A stretch of 63,945 bases of DNA, the filler included, from Octopus bimaculoides (taxonomy: Eukaryota), in the NCBI RefSeq assembly GCF_001194135.2. It is 4 parts of 4 records of this genome, joined end to end, with 100 filler letters (N's around TTAATTAATTAA, not from the genome) between each part and the next. Parts side by side here need not be neighbours in the genome. Positions count along the whole stretch, not along the records: positions 1 to 23,398 come from NC_068986.1; positions 23,499 to 29,089 come from NC_069009.1; 2 more parts are not named here. One strand, written 5' to 3'. The notes beneath the pieces were generated by a model, which ran no database searches, had not been told where the DNA came from, and saw nothing but the letters and a program-made list of their open reading frames with translations. Position numbers and translations under genes: made by a program. How positions within the stretch are numbered: position 1 is the first letter of the stretch; every line of letters begins with the position of its first letter. Positions 14,641 to 29,089 of the stretch are shown here, one piece after another.

Positions 14641-15004
14641 ATATATATATATATATCTACATATACATATANNNNNNNNNNNNNNNNNNNNNNNNNNNNN
14701 NNNNNNNNNNNNNNNNNNNNNNNNNNNNNNNNNNNNNNNNNNNNNNNNNNNNNNNNNNNNNNNNNNNNNNNNNNNNNNNNNNNNNNNNNNNNNNNNNNNN
14801 NNNNNNNNNNNNNNNNNNNNNNNNNNNNNNNNNNNNNNNNNNNNNNNNNNNNNNNNNNNNNNNNNNNNNNNNNNNNNNNNNNNNNNNNNNNNNNNNNNNN
14901 NNNNNNNNNNNNNNNNNNNNNNNNNNNNNNNNNNNNNNNNNNNNNNNNNNNNNNNNNNNNNNNNNNNNNNNNNNNNNNNNNNNNNNNNNNNNNNNNNNNN
15001 NNNN

Positions 15005-15035
<31 letters not shown>

Positions 15036-17159
15036 CACACACACATTATGAGAAATAGGGAGACAACTAAAAGGCAGAGAAAAAGAGATAAAAGTACCTG
15101 TAGAGATATGGATGCGCCCCAAATAACAGCTATTTCTTAACATCTTAAGTTTCTATAGTACGCTATATTTTTACAAATATATTTATTGTATCAAATATAT
15201 ATATACGTTTCTGATACATGTAAGTATATTTGCTATAAACGTATATACTGGCAATTATATGTGTGTGTGTGTGTGATCAATCATATTTATTAACATATAT
15301 ATTCAGCTGTGTGTGTATGTGTTTGTATATTCTTATAATGACCATATACGCTTGCATGTGTGAGTGTGTGTGTGTGTAAATTCTTTTTTTTTTCGTTGTT
15401 TTTTCTCCTTTTCCACTGAAAGCTCTTTCATTTCTGCTTTTGATCCGAGTTTCAAAGTTTCCGGCAATAATAACCCAACCAAAACCTCCCTTCAGTTTCA
15501 AGCAAATCGCTTGATTATTTCCGGTAAAGAAAAGTACAAAGAGACTAAACAAGTTTAAAAAAAAAAGAAGATAATACTGCAAATAATATCGTAATAACAA
15601 CACAACCACAGTATGTGCATGTGTGCCCTTATAAGCGTGTATGTATCTCTATTTATATATGTGCATGTGCTTATATTTAAGTATATATATATGTGTGTGT
15701 GTGTGTGTGTATGTATATATATATATATATATACGTACATAAAGTACACGTGCTGCTGTGCACATCTACTCCCAATGCACAGTCATCATCATATTCTCAC
15801 ACATGCACACACACACATGCTGTTCCAGAGAGAGAGGGAGAGAGAGAGTAAGAGAGAGAAAGAAAGAGAAACACGTTTATATTTAACTAAGTCAATTTCC
15901 TCGACAATAGTTGCAGTCCAAATCACCGCCCACGACTATATTCCGACAGGCTCCACCAGATCATATTACCAAAGTCATTTAACATGCAATATTCTTTGAG
16001 ATTATCGTTGTCTCACAACCGTTATCTCTGAATTTTAGTTACTCTTTTCTATACATAAATAAATACGCCTTATATACGTATATCCAAACACACATACGTA
16101 CACGCACACCCACATACTTTACACATACACACGCACAATTACACACATACACACGCACAAATACACACACACACACTCACACATATATATATACATACAC
16201 ATATATGTATATAATATATATATAATATAATATAATATATATATATATATATATATATAAACATAATTAAGGGATCAGCAAACATTTGCTTCACCACATA
16301 CCGAAGTTCAGAAATAGCAGCTAAAAANNNNNNNNNNNNNNNNNNNNNNNNNNNNNNNNNNNNNNNNNNNNNNNNNNNNNNNNNNNNNNNNNNNNNNNNN
16401 NNNNNNNNNNNNNNNNNNNNNNNNNNNNNNNNNNNNNNNNNNNNNNNNNNNNNNNNNNNNNNNNNNNNNNNNNNNNNNNNNNNNNNNNNNNNNNNNNNNN
16501 NNNNNNNNNNNNNNNNNNNNNNNNNNNNNNNNNNNNNNNNNNNNNNNNNNNNNNNNNNNNNNNNNNNNNNNNNNNNNNNNNNNNNNNNNNNNNNNNNNNN
16601 NNNNNNNNNNNNNNNNNNNNNNNNNNNNNNNNNNNNNNNNNNNNNNNNNNNNNNNNNNNNNNNNNNNNNNNNNNNNNNNNNNNNNNNNNNNNNNNNNNNN
16701 NNNNNNNNNNNNNNNNNNNNNNNNNNNNNNNNNNNNNNNNNNNNNNNNNNNNNNNNNNNNNNNNNNNNNNNNNNNNNNNNNNNNNNNNNNNNNNNNNNNN
16801 NNNNNNNNNNNNNNNNNNNNNNNNNNNNNNNNNNNNNNNNNNNNNNNNNNNNNNNNNNNNNNNNNNNNNNNNNNNNNNNNNNNNNNNNNNNNNNNNNNNN
16901 NNNNNNNNNNNNNNNNNNNNNNNNNNNNNNNNNNNNNNNNNNNNNNNNNNNNNNNNNNNNNNNNNNNNNNNNNNNNNNNNNNNNNNNNNNNNNNNNNNNN
17001 NNNNNNNNNNNNNNNNNNNNNNNNNNNNNNNNNNNNNNNNNNNNNNNNNNNNNNNNNNNNNNNNNNNNNNNNNNNNNNNNNNNNNNNNNNNNNNNNNNNN
17101 NNNNNNNNNNNNNNNNNNNNNNNNNNNNNNNNNNNNNNNNNNNNNNNNNNNNNNNNNNN

Positions 17160-17195
<36 letters not shown>

Positions 17196-17524
17196 GGGGA
17201 GACAGACAGATATTTATGTTTACAAACGAAAGAACAGGGCACTCATTCTATTGTACGTTTATAAGAACTTTCACGCACAGTAAGTTCCCATGTGATCGAT
17301 CAGGCACCTGTAGGCATCTGGTGATTGCAGATGGGGATCCAGTTCTATCATAAAGTGAATTATCTCATCCAGAGTTAAAGAGTAAGTGGTTGAGTATTCC
17401 ACAAACACGTGTGTCCTTAATGTAATTCTCAGACACGGAATAAACAGTGTGACAAGACTGTTATCTTTAAATCACAAATACCTGCACCCGTTGTCGTTCT
17501 TCTCTGGAATTTTCGTCCACCCAA

Positions 17525-17670
17525 TTCCACTCAGAAGGCTTTGTGACTAGAGCCTTTAGAGACTGACATTTGCTCAATATTCTACGCAACGGGATCAGAT
17601 ATGGTGTTCCGAGGTTGCCAAGCGAACTCCTTAACCATTCGGCCATACAGCACCTAAAGTCTGTAAACCA
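17525..17670 (-). mobile_element. Degenerate SINE family A, 5' half
   Basis: ccactcagaaggctttg...gacatttgctcaa...ccttaaccattcggccat. Confidence 0.5.
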
Positions 17671-17781
17671 ACTGTCATTGGTTAAGGTAGATCATGTGTT
17701 CAAATGTGATGAACGACGAATGTAACTAGATTGCTGTAGTATATAAGAAAAACACTTTGTTTTGGGCTGTGATCATCGTAG

Positions 17782-17831
17782 TGGAAGCATCCCACGACGT
17801 CGTTATATCCAATGACCAAAAGTCCATAACG
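17782..17831 (+). CDS. Candidate exon (xEASHDVVISNDQKSIT)
   Basis: Acceptor catcgtag, donor ACG|GTAAGC, one open frame. Confidence 0.3.
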
Positions 17832-17880
17832 GTAAGCTTGGAGCTTTCGAAGAACTCCACATATATAAATTCACTGATAC

Positions 17881-18046
17881 CTTGGTTGCTTTAAGATCTG
17901 AAAACCTTGTGCTTGAAGACGCCTGTATTTTCTGATACATTGAAATATGGTGTAACTTCATTGACGTAGATCCATGTTCAGATATTTTGTGCCTGTGTTT
18001 TGAGATGAATTCGAACAGGAATGTAGAATTTTCCCAATTCATTGAT
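17881..18046 (-). CDS. Candidate minus-strand exon (SMNWENSTFLFEFISKHRHK...FSDLKATK)
   Basis: Acceptor catctttatcccatttag, donor AAG|GTATCA, 55 open codons; competes with the + strand model. Confidence 0.25.
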
Positions 18047-18465
18047 CTAAATGGGATAAAGATGCTGACAGTAATTATCTGAAAATGTGTTCGTAGTGAC
18101 TCTTAATAACCCTTTCAATATAACCTCATTCTGATATAGATGTTCGATATACAACTGTTTTAGAGAGACATAATTTCCTGAGTATCCTAGTAAAAGGATT
18201 TAGACAGTGACGAGTTGGTTACTTAGATGAGGGTTGTATGGGTGGGCATTTTCCGTTATAGTGAGTGATCCATTGAGATCTTATCATGGTAGAAATAGCT
18301 GACCTTGATGTTGTTTGTGTGAAAAGGTATATTGTATTTGTATGCTGGTGAGTGTGTGTGTGTTAAACTTTACGTAGATGCATTCATGCACTCGTATAAA
18401 GTAGAAGCTAGGAACTTCGTACGTGTCTCTCGGCTATTGGTCATTTTCAGTATTTTCCTTTTCAG

Positions 18466-18506
18466 ACACATTGTATCAGCGTGTCCCTTTACACAAACAG
18501 TTTAAG
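18466..18506 (+). CDS. Candidate exon (xTLYQRVPLHKQFK or THCISVSLYTNSL)
   Basis: Strong acceptor tattttccttttcag, donor AAG|GTAGGT; two open frames. Confidence 0.35.
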
Positions 18507-19727
18507 GTAGGTTTCGTTGCCAACTGCAAGTTAGCTGATCTCATATGGATGACCTCATTGATTTCAAGCGATAATTTATGCAATTGCTCACAGTTTTGAT
18601 TTGAATTATAGTGTAATACAACGTCTACCAATTATTTATTAAGTGAATCGTTGAAAGCGCCCGTTGTTTCCAATCGCGTCCTGTTATCACTCCAATGCAG
18701 AATCGAAAGCCAATCGATTTTCTTCACCCACATAAATTCAAATCAAAACTCTTTGGCCTAAGAATAGCAGTTTGACTATGGAGCAACACAGTGGTCAAAA
18801 GAGACAGTTGCTTAAATTGTTGCAGTATTCACTTCTGTCACTGGAGACTGGAGGTTCTTATTTGGTATTCCACCGAGGTCAACTTTGTCTTTCCCCCCTC
18901 CAAGGATTGATATAACTTTGAATAACTTTCTTTCTACATTCCAGGCCTTGTCAGAAATCACTATTACTGAACACTGCGGATCAGGTTTCGATATCCGACG
19001 GAAGCCACTTTCAATTAATTTGTGTTGCTGATGAGGTTCGTAAAAGAAAAAAAAAATGAAATATTAAAGCTTGAAATTATTTTTTCCCATGGAACCACCC
19101 ACAAGTGTCATACGACTCTCTATAATATATATAACAAAACAAAATATATTACAGCAATCCATCATCACCTCCTTCAACCTTTCAGGATAGAATTAATTAA
19201 AGTAAAAGTAAAGACTGGATTTCCATTCCTTTCATTCGTAAAGTGACGACCAGTTGATTTTGTAAAACAAAATAAAAATAAAGAATAAAAAATAACAATA
19301 ATTACAAAAAAAAATTGATTAGAAATATAGTGCACCATATGAAACTGCTTCTTCTGAAGTTGCGTTCGGTTGTCTAATTCGATCTACAACTTTTCAAGAA
19401 ATATATTTTTACACGTCCACTTCGGAATTCAAAAGTGATTATATATACTATTGCTGCTCGTGTCAGCGATTTACGAAGATATTTCATTAATTGATATTCA
19501 GTTGTGTGATTGAATGTGTGCTCGTATAACTGTGAGCATATTTGTGTCTGTATATGTGTGTGTGTAGATGTATGTACGTATGTGTACGTACATATATTGA
19601 GACATCTTAACATAATATTGGACTTGGTTGGAAAGTAGCAGAATATAAAAAATACTAGAACTGGCTTAGTGATTGAGACACAGACACGTGTGCCGTATAC
19701 GTGTGTGTATGTGGAGTGTGTCTAAGC

Positions 19728-19906
<179 letters not shown>

Positions 19907-20081
19907 AACACAGAGGAGTTAGAGAGGGAGGATACCAGTCAGAAATATGACTAACTAGCAAAAACTGAAAAAATGCAAGTGCACCTTTGTATATGAATTT
20001 TTGACAAAAGAGCTGACTTGTTTATTTAAGAAGTCCCCACCTCCTTCTGCTGAGTAATAGGAAGATAATGACCTTTATAAT

Positions 20082-20152
<71 letters not shown>

Positions 20153-20756
20153 GTGGGAGAGGAGGGGGAGGAGAGATAAAGAGGGACAGAAAAGAAGACA
20201 GAAAGAGTATGTGGAAAAGACACACAAAGAAAGTAAAGTGGTAGCTTGAATTAAACATTTAAGACATAAAGGAAATAGGAAGAAACGTGACAGGTGAAGT
20301 TAGCTAATAGAGAGGAAAGGACTAAACAGCACAAGAATATGAACTACCTCTTCAACAACTACTAGTAAAACGAATGGATTGAACGTGAACGAGATAAAAA
20401 ATGAGAAAAGGCGTGGATTACAGAGTCACAGTGGAGGTTGGAAGTGAAAAGGACAGTATGGCGGTGACTGCAGTGAAAAAGACAGGCTGTTTCGTCCCAG
20501 TCAGCCCTGATTAAGTACACCTATGATGAAAGGCATTCCAAGTATAACTAGCCAGTCCTTTTTCTGTGTAAAAGGAACACAGAATTATATGAAAAGAGTC
20601 TTTCTAAGACGGTGGTTGTAATTGGACTGTTACTTCTTACTTAGCTAGCTAGCTAGCTAGATAGATAGATAGATACATACATACACACATACATACATAC
20701 ATACATACATACATACATAGAGAGAGAGAGAGAGAGAGAGAGAGAGNNNNNNNNNN

Positions 20757-20802
<46 letters not shown>

Positions 20803-20984
20803 GAAAGTCAAAGGCTAACTAACAAGAGCAACAAGTGTAATACGTGTAGAAAGTAAGAAAGTGGAGAAAATGTTTGGATAGTGGTTCGGTTTCAGTCTGT
20901 ATAATATTTTGTAGTTCAGTGATCACGTGTTTAAAGTGGATGCAGATGTTAGGTGCTCTTGTTAGAGGCAACTTTGAGAACCAA

Positions 20985-21021
<37 letters not shown>

Positions 21022-21879
21022 CCCAGTTACTATATACTTGATGTAGGTTAAGCTCTCTTGATCAATGTCAGATGTGAACGGTTGTACGAAAGACGAAGAC
21101 TTGAGCCAAGTTATAATATCATTCAAAATTTCATATAGGTTTCAACCCTTTCCAATGAACAGCCACAAGAAAAAGTGCGTGACCTTCAGACAGAACTCCA
21201 GCACCCATGAAAAATTCCACTTAATTGCATGATCTAATTTAAATTTCATATTTGTACATATAACTTGAAAAAAAAAAAAATAGAAAAAGAAATGGATGAA
21301 GGGTTGGAAAATCCTACTCTTTTTTTTTTTTATCTTCAGAAAGTATTAGATTTTAAAAATTAACGTTGATGATAACAATATTGAATATTGTCTTGAATTG
21401 ACAACAATGCGCTTTTAACGATAGCTAAGAAATGAGCCAGCTACTCATTATCATTGAATTCAATGCGAGATTGGTGATGTAACTTAGCATATTCGCCTAT
21501 GTTACGTAGATTTCTACTATTGGTTTTTCGCAGTCTCACATTTTGGGATGGCCCTGGCCTATTATACAGACTCCAGTACTTTGACTCTTACTTTATGTTA
21601 TCGATATCCATCCACAGTAGGATTTTAAAATTAAAATTGATTTAGACAGGATTTGAGTTCATCACATAATAGAAACAACATTAAAAACTTCAATGCGTTT
21701 AATTTGTCACTCGAAAGTTTTGCCACTCGCCGCTTTCAGAGTACGTAATATATACCTTGTAGCTACTGCATGACCGACTCAGTTAATATCTACTCTGCTT
21801 CCACTCGCCCTCTTTTACACACACACACACACACCACTACCGTTATCAGTAGGAAACTCGCCATAATTAAAGTACTCAA

Positions 21880-22048
21880 GATTACAAGAGTGCAAGATCA
21901 TTGGCACGCAGGTCAAAATGCTAAGCAGTATCTCTTCCGATCATTACATTGTGAGTTCATATTCCGCGAGGGTCAACTCTACCTTTCATCCTTCCAGAGT
22001 CAATAAAGCAAAGCACCTGTCATTGCTTGCCTTGTATCAAAATTTCAA
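21880..22048 (+). mobile_element. Degenerate SINE family B flanked by ~20-bp direct repeats
   Basis: tgtgagttcatattccgcgagggtcaactctacctttcatcc; repeats gccata(a)ttaaagtactcaa at 21860-21879 and 22049-22069. Confidence 0.65.
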
Positions 22049-22124
22049 GCCATAAATTAAAGTACTCAATACATAAATAAAGTGTCTGCGTATTAAAAAA
22101 TACTCTTTGCAGCCACGTAGTTTT

Positions 22125-22340
22125 GAGTTTAACCTCAATGTGTGGCACCCTGGAAATATGTTTCGTAATAAAGCCCTGAACCGATCTGCCAAGTGAGTGG
22201 ATTCGATTGGTGGAAACAGCGCAAGAGTTCTTCATGTATGTGAGTGTATGTCTGTGTGTATACACATCTTTGTGCGTCCCCGCTTAACATGTGTTGGTTT
22301 GTTTGCATCCCTGTAAATCGGCACGAGAAATCTATATGAG
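22125..22340 (+). mobile_element. Degenerate SINE family A
   Basis: gtggcaccctggaaatatgtttc...gtgagtggatt...gtgttggtttgtttgcatccctgtaa. Confidence 0.5.
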
Positions 22341-22540
22341 TGTTGACAACATACCCGTTCGTATAACGTCGGTTACTATTAGCGCAACTATGAATAGGTT
22401 TTATGACTCACTCCAGGAGGATATCGATACAAAAGAGAGTCCATAGGTAGGTTATGCTAGGCCGGGTGTAGCTCCCTTGAGTAGCTCCGAAAGCTACATG
22501 CTGGATACTATCCTGATCAGTTTATTATTTATTTAATGAT

Positions 22541-22697
22541 GAGAAGAAGAAGAAGAAGAAGAAGAAGAAGAAGAAGAAGAAGAAGAAGAAGAAGAAGAAG
22601 AAGAAGAAGAAGAAGAAGAAGAANNNNNNNNNNAGAAGAAGAAGAAGAAGAAGAAGAAGAAGAAGAAGAAGAAGGAGGAGGAGGAGGAGGAGGAGGA
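22541..22697. repeat. (GAA)n-(GGA)n microsatellite spanning a 10-N gap
   Basis: Direct. Confidence 0.95.
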
Positions 22698-22798
22698 GAA
22701 TTAAAGACACCGCTCTATAAATGTTTCTGCTATTTCAAGGAATTAAAGGCAAATTATGGATATGGGTCATATGTGCCTGTATCGTGTACATAAACGAA

Positions 22799-22838
<40 letters not shown>

Positions 22839-23398
22839 CTATAATTCGAGTGTGTATGTGAATAGGTAATTATGGGTGTATGTAAGCATGTAAGTCTATA
22901 TGTATATATAAGCACACACATCTAACACAACGATGCATGAAGTAACAGTAAATTAAGAGAAAATCCTCATGTTGAAGAGTCGAATTAGCAAGAGAGAAAC
23001 AGGAGAATAAACATGTATGTGTGTTTGAGAGGTGTTTATGTCTGGGTGTATGTGTAAGTGCAAAGGAAAGAATAAGAAAGTTAAAGAAACAGTAGTAAAA
23101 AAAATAGTAAAAGAAGACGAGAGAGAGAGAGAGAGAGATTATTAGAGATTCATACAGACAAAGAGGGAGGTGAGTGTGAGAAAAACGACAAAGAAAGTAT
23201 CTGGGTAGATGAACATTAGGAGTAATGCCAAACGCATATTGGGTGAATAGATCAGTCTACATAGTGGGGGACTTGAACCGTAGCCGCCCCTTTCTCGTAT
23301 CAAGTTCATCTACTTTAGAAATACAATTTGAATATCGACAGAAATACAGTAAATAAAAATAAAACAGAATAATAAATAAAAAGGCTCCTTCAGTTCAC

Positions 23399-23498
23399 NN
23401 NNNNNNNNNNNNNNNNNNNNNNNNNNNNNNNNNNNNNNNNNNTTAATTAATTAANNNNNNNNNNNNNNNNNNNNNNNNNNNNNNNNNNNNNNNNNNNN
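23399..23498. other. Artificial 100-bp gap spacer N44-TTAATTAATTAA-N44
   Basis: Identical construct at 23399-23498, 29090-29189 and 58979-59078. Confidence 0.9.
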
Positions 23499-24960
<1,462 letters not shown>

Positions 24961-25027
24961 CAAACACATGCCGTCATACAGTATATGCCAAAGGTTGATT
25001 ATCGTTTTTTAATACTGGATGGGCATG

Positions 25028-25036
25028 GGCGGGAAA
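25028..25036. promoter_or_regulatory. Consensus E2F site (GGCGGGAAA)
   Basis: Exact 9-mer in a short unique GC-richer island; a single site can occur by chance. Confidence 0.25.
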
Positions 25037-25065
25037 GGTGCGCCTTTTTGTCATTTCTCTGGTTG

Positions 25066-25108
<43 letters not shown>

Positions 25109-25129
25109 TATTATTATTGTTGTTACTGA

Positions 25130-25192
<63 letters not shown>

Positions 25193-25548
25193 TNNNNNNN
25201 NNNTTCCATCGTTACCGCAAAAACCAAAAAAAAAAAAAAAGAAAAAAAGAAAAAGGAAACAAAAAAGAAAAACAACAACCAAAGAAAAGTAACCCCCCCC
25301 CCAAAAAAAACACGGACCGTCTATAGCAGCAACTACAACTACAAGAAGAACTACAACAACAATATCGACTACAAACGTAATGTCGACAACAATAATGAAC
25401 ACAACTCCTAAATCATTGGAAGGGTAACAAATAAAACAACATTATTATAATAAGTAGTTGGTTGTTAGATTGGAAGTCAGTGGTTTAATTTTTTACACTA
25501 TTGGCAGTGTGTGTGCGTGTGTATATAATGTGTGTGTATATATTTCTG

Positions 25549-25586
<38 letters not shown>

Positions 25587-25811
25587 NNNNNNNNNNNNNN
25601 NNNNNNNNNNNNNNNNNNNNNNNNNNNNNNNNNNNNNNNNNNNNNNNNNNNNNNNNNNNNNNNNNNNNNNNNNNNNNNNNNNNNNNGAGTTTGAGACAAT
25701 GTTAGAGAAAGTGAAGAAAAGACAGCAAAGAAAGAAATAACAAATAACAACAGAAAAAAAAAATGGGAAATAAAAAAAAAATACTGCTTTACGACAGCCA
25801 CAAAGGTGTTC

Positions 25812-25847
25812 GCTGCTTAGCAACTAAACCAAGCTCCCCTTAGCAAC
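25812..25847. promoter_or_regulatory. Tandem RFX X-box-like motifs in a CpG-containing promoter-like island
   Basis: gctgcttagcaac (25812-25824) and tccccttagcaac (25835-25847); followed by ggcggcggac (25867-25876) and donor-like AT|GTAAGA at 25926. Confidence 0.45.
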
Positions 25848-26389
25848 GAAGTCGAAAGTCTCGTCAGGCGGCGGACATAAAACTTATGTTTGCTGTTAAG
25901 CTGTTGAAATATTCTCGTGAAACATGTAAGATAAACCGAAGAAAAAAATGCTCTAAATCGACAAGTATTTCACTAGGAATTTTTATTCAGGTATTTTACG
26001 AGAATTGTTACTGAAAAAAGTTTCTCAAAAAATGAAATTTGATAAGGTTTTGCAGAAAGTTACGATGTATATAGTATTGTGTTTATGTGTATATAACTTC
26101 GACATTGTCCACATGTCTTTCTTTTGTTCTGTAGTGAATTATATAATAGCTTGTTATGTATATTTTATATATATATATATATATGTGTATATTTTATTTT
26201 ATATATATATATGTATATTTTATTTTATATATATGTATATATATTTTCTATGTATGTATATATATTTTGTTATTGCTGATATTCAGACTGTATGGAGTGA
26301 CTCAAGGGTCAAGAGTTCGTGTATTTAACAAAAGGGATATACATTAATGTATGTATGTATGTAATATTTGTTTATATGTATGTAATGTA

Positions 26390-26485
<96 letters not shown>

Positions 26486-26486
<1 letters not shown>

Positions 26487-26671
26487 TCTTTATTCTCTTT
26501 TACTTGTTTCAGTCTTTTGACTGTGGCCATGCTGGAGCACTGCCTTTAGTCGAGCAAATCGACCCCAGGACTTATTCTTTAGAAGCCTAGTACTTATTCT
26601 ATCGATCTGTTTTACCGAACCGCTAGGTTACGGGGACATAAGCACACCAGCATCGGTTGTCAAGCGATGTT
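26486..26671 (-). mobile_element. SINE family A, 3' half
   Basis: ttttacttgtttcagtcttttgactgtggccatgctggagcac...catcggttgtcaagcgatg, abutting a long (AT)n. Confidence 0.88.
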
Positions 26672-26835
26672 ATATATGAGTGTGTAGCTTCTATTTCTTA
26701 CTTGTTTCAATCATTAGACTGCGACCATGCTGAAGAATTTTCGTCGAACGAACCGACCCCCAGTATATTGTGTGTATGTATGTGAATATGTTTGTGTGTG
26801 TATATATATATATATATATGTGTCTCAATGACCAA

Positions 26836-27060
26836 GGGGGTTGGTGTACGCCTGTATTTTGCAGGACACGTCCTTGATTCCGTCGTCCAAATTTGCGTCC
26901 GGTAGGAATATTTTAAAATCCTCCAAGAGACCAGAATTTCAGCTTTCGTCACTGAAAAAACGCCAAAGACCAAAAATGTGTGTCAGGCAGAGCCACAGAC
27001 AGTCGTGGCAACTGTCAATGGACGTGTCCTCGAGTTTGACACTCCAGACATGACAACCCT
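26836..27060. mobile_element. Possible hAT (Blackjack-like) MITE
   Basis: Ends gggttgg.../...caaccct; subterminal 11-bp inverted repeat aggacacgtcc (26863-26873) / ggacgtgtcct (27020-27030); no 8-bp TSD found. Confidence 0.35.
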
Positions 27061-27159
27061 GTTGAAGCATATAACTAATTTGTTTTCTGAATACTAGAAA
27101 TATCAACACCAGTATTCGTATCTAATGGTTACCATGTTATAAATAATAGAAACCTTCTA

Positions 27160-27350
27160 TCTTTTATCTGTTTCAATCATTAGACTGCGGCCATGCTGGG
27201 GCACCGCTTTGAAGATTTTTCAGTCTAATGAATCGATCGCAGTACCTTTTTTTGTTTGTTTTTTGCTTTTTTTTTTGTTTCTTAAAGCTTGGTACTTATT
27301 CTATCTCTCTCTTTTACTGAACTGCTAGGTTACGAGGACGAGCACACACC
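27160..27350 (-). mobile_element. SINE family A, 3' half (variant subfamily)
   Basis: tgtttcaatcattagactgcggccatgctggggcaccgc...ctgctaggttacg. Confidence 0.8.
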
Positions 27351-27384
27351 TCTATCTATCTATCTATCTACCTATCTATCTATC

Positions 27385-27790
27385 TTTACTCTTTTATTCT
27401 TTTACTTGTTTCAGTCATTTGACTGCGGCCATGCTGGAGCACCGCCTTTTAGTCGAGCAAATCGACCCCAGGACTTATTCTTTGTAAGCCTAGTACTTAT
27501 TCTATCGGTCTTTTTGCCGAACCGCTAAGTTACGGAGACGTAAACACACCAGCATCGGTTGTCAAGCGATGCTGGGGGGACAAACACAGATACACAAACA
27601 TATACACACACATACATACATATATATACATATACACGACAGGCTTCTTTCAGTTTCCATCTACCAAATCCACTGACAAGGCTTTGGTCGGCCCAAGGCT
27701 ATAGTAGAAGACACTTGCTCAAGGTGCCATGCAGTGGGACTGAATCTGGAACCATGTGGATGGGAATCAGGTTTACTACCACACAGCCAA
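27385..27790 (-). mobile_element. SINE family A, full length, well preserved
   Basis: 3' half plus internal (CA/TA)n plus 5' half ending ...gggactgaatctggaaccatgtgg...accacacagcc (A and B boxes on the - strand). Confidence 0.9.
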
Positions 27791-27809
27791 TGTATGTACA
27801 CACATCTAG

Positions 27810-27965
27810 CTTCTTTCAGTTTCCATCTCCCAGATCCACTCACAAAGCTTTGGTTAATCCAGAATGATAGTCGAAAACACTTGCCCAAGGTGCCGTGTCG
27901 TGGGACTGAACCCTTGACCAAACAGCCGGGGCCTATTATCCAGCTTCCTAGCCACACAGCCACAT
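27810..27965 (-). mobile_element. SINE family A, 5' half, tandem to the previous copy
   Basis: gcttctttcagtttccatc...cacttgcccaaggtgccgtgtcgtgggactgaaccc...ccacacagcc. Confidence 0.82.
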
Positions 27966-28345
27966 CTCCACTTACATGCTGTACACTTTCATAAAATAAC
28001 GAAACAACAAGTTTACCAAATTCCTGTCCAGTTTTCAGCGATCCCTGACCCTTATACTCCATTTGTTATCTTCAAGAATTTGACTCCCTTCGCAACCAGT
28101 TTCATAATTTGTGTATATATTTTTTTTTTTGCTTTTTTTTTTTTGTTCCTTTTTCTCTACTCCCCACCACCACCACCACCACCCTACATCGAAATTCACC
28201 TCTGCAATTTTTGGTATTATTTCCTTATTCCATTCTGTTTATTTTATTTCTTTGTTTGTTCATTGTCTTGGCATTTCAAGAATCATTCCTCCTTTTTGCT
28301 TCCATCCTTCCCTCCATCCCCACCCCCCACAACGCTGTGTTATAG

Positions 28346-28410
28346 AATTTAGCAAAGGTCAGTCTCCGTTGACGAACGGAGATGAGTGGGTGGCTGTATG
28401 TTTACCAGAG
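28346..28410 (+). CDS. Candidate exon (EFSKGQSPLTNGDEWVAVCLPE)
   Basis: Long pyrimidine-rich run then ttatag, donor GAG|GTCAGT, one open frame across the full exon. Confidence 0.42.
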
Positions 28411-28739
28411 GTCAGTGCCGCGGTCAGCAGCATTGGGGATATATATTGTTACTCGATTCCAGAACCGTTTTAAATCATTGATTTTTTGTTTGTTTTTTTT
28501 TTCTTTTTTGGTTCCAGCAACCAACTGGAATCGTCTTTGGATTGTTTTTTGGCAAACAGTCTGTCTGATTTCCTTTCTCTGATCGAGATAATTATAGTCA
28601 CCTAATCCACCAAACATGTAGACATACATACACACATGCATATATATGTATATGTGTGTTTATGAAAATGTACACCCATGCATCTATTTCCTTATCTGTC
28701 TGTCTTTCTCTCCTTACCCCCTCTCTCTACATCATACAA

Positions 28740-28780
<41 letters not shown>

Positions 28781-28846
28781 TATGTGTGTGTTTGTATGTA
28801 TATTTCTTTATACACGTTTGTGTCTATGTGCACACACGCACACACA

Positions 28847-28890
<44 letters not shown>

Positions 28891-29012
28891 TATACACACG
28901 TGTATGTATAGATACATACACACATGTATATATATTTATACACATGCACATATATAAATATATATATACACGTGTATATGTACATATATGCACACTCATG
29001 TATGTATGTATG

Positions 29013-29089
<77 letters not shown>

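Noticed and set aside
17682-17690. TTAAGGTAG, the R2 target core
   Set aside because: Only 9 bp, with no surrounding 28S sequence.
18500-18740. LRR-like words on the minus strand (LSILHWSDNRT, LHKLSLEINEV)
   Set aside because: In-frame stop between them, wrong spacing and no further repeats; probably chance.
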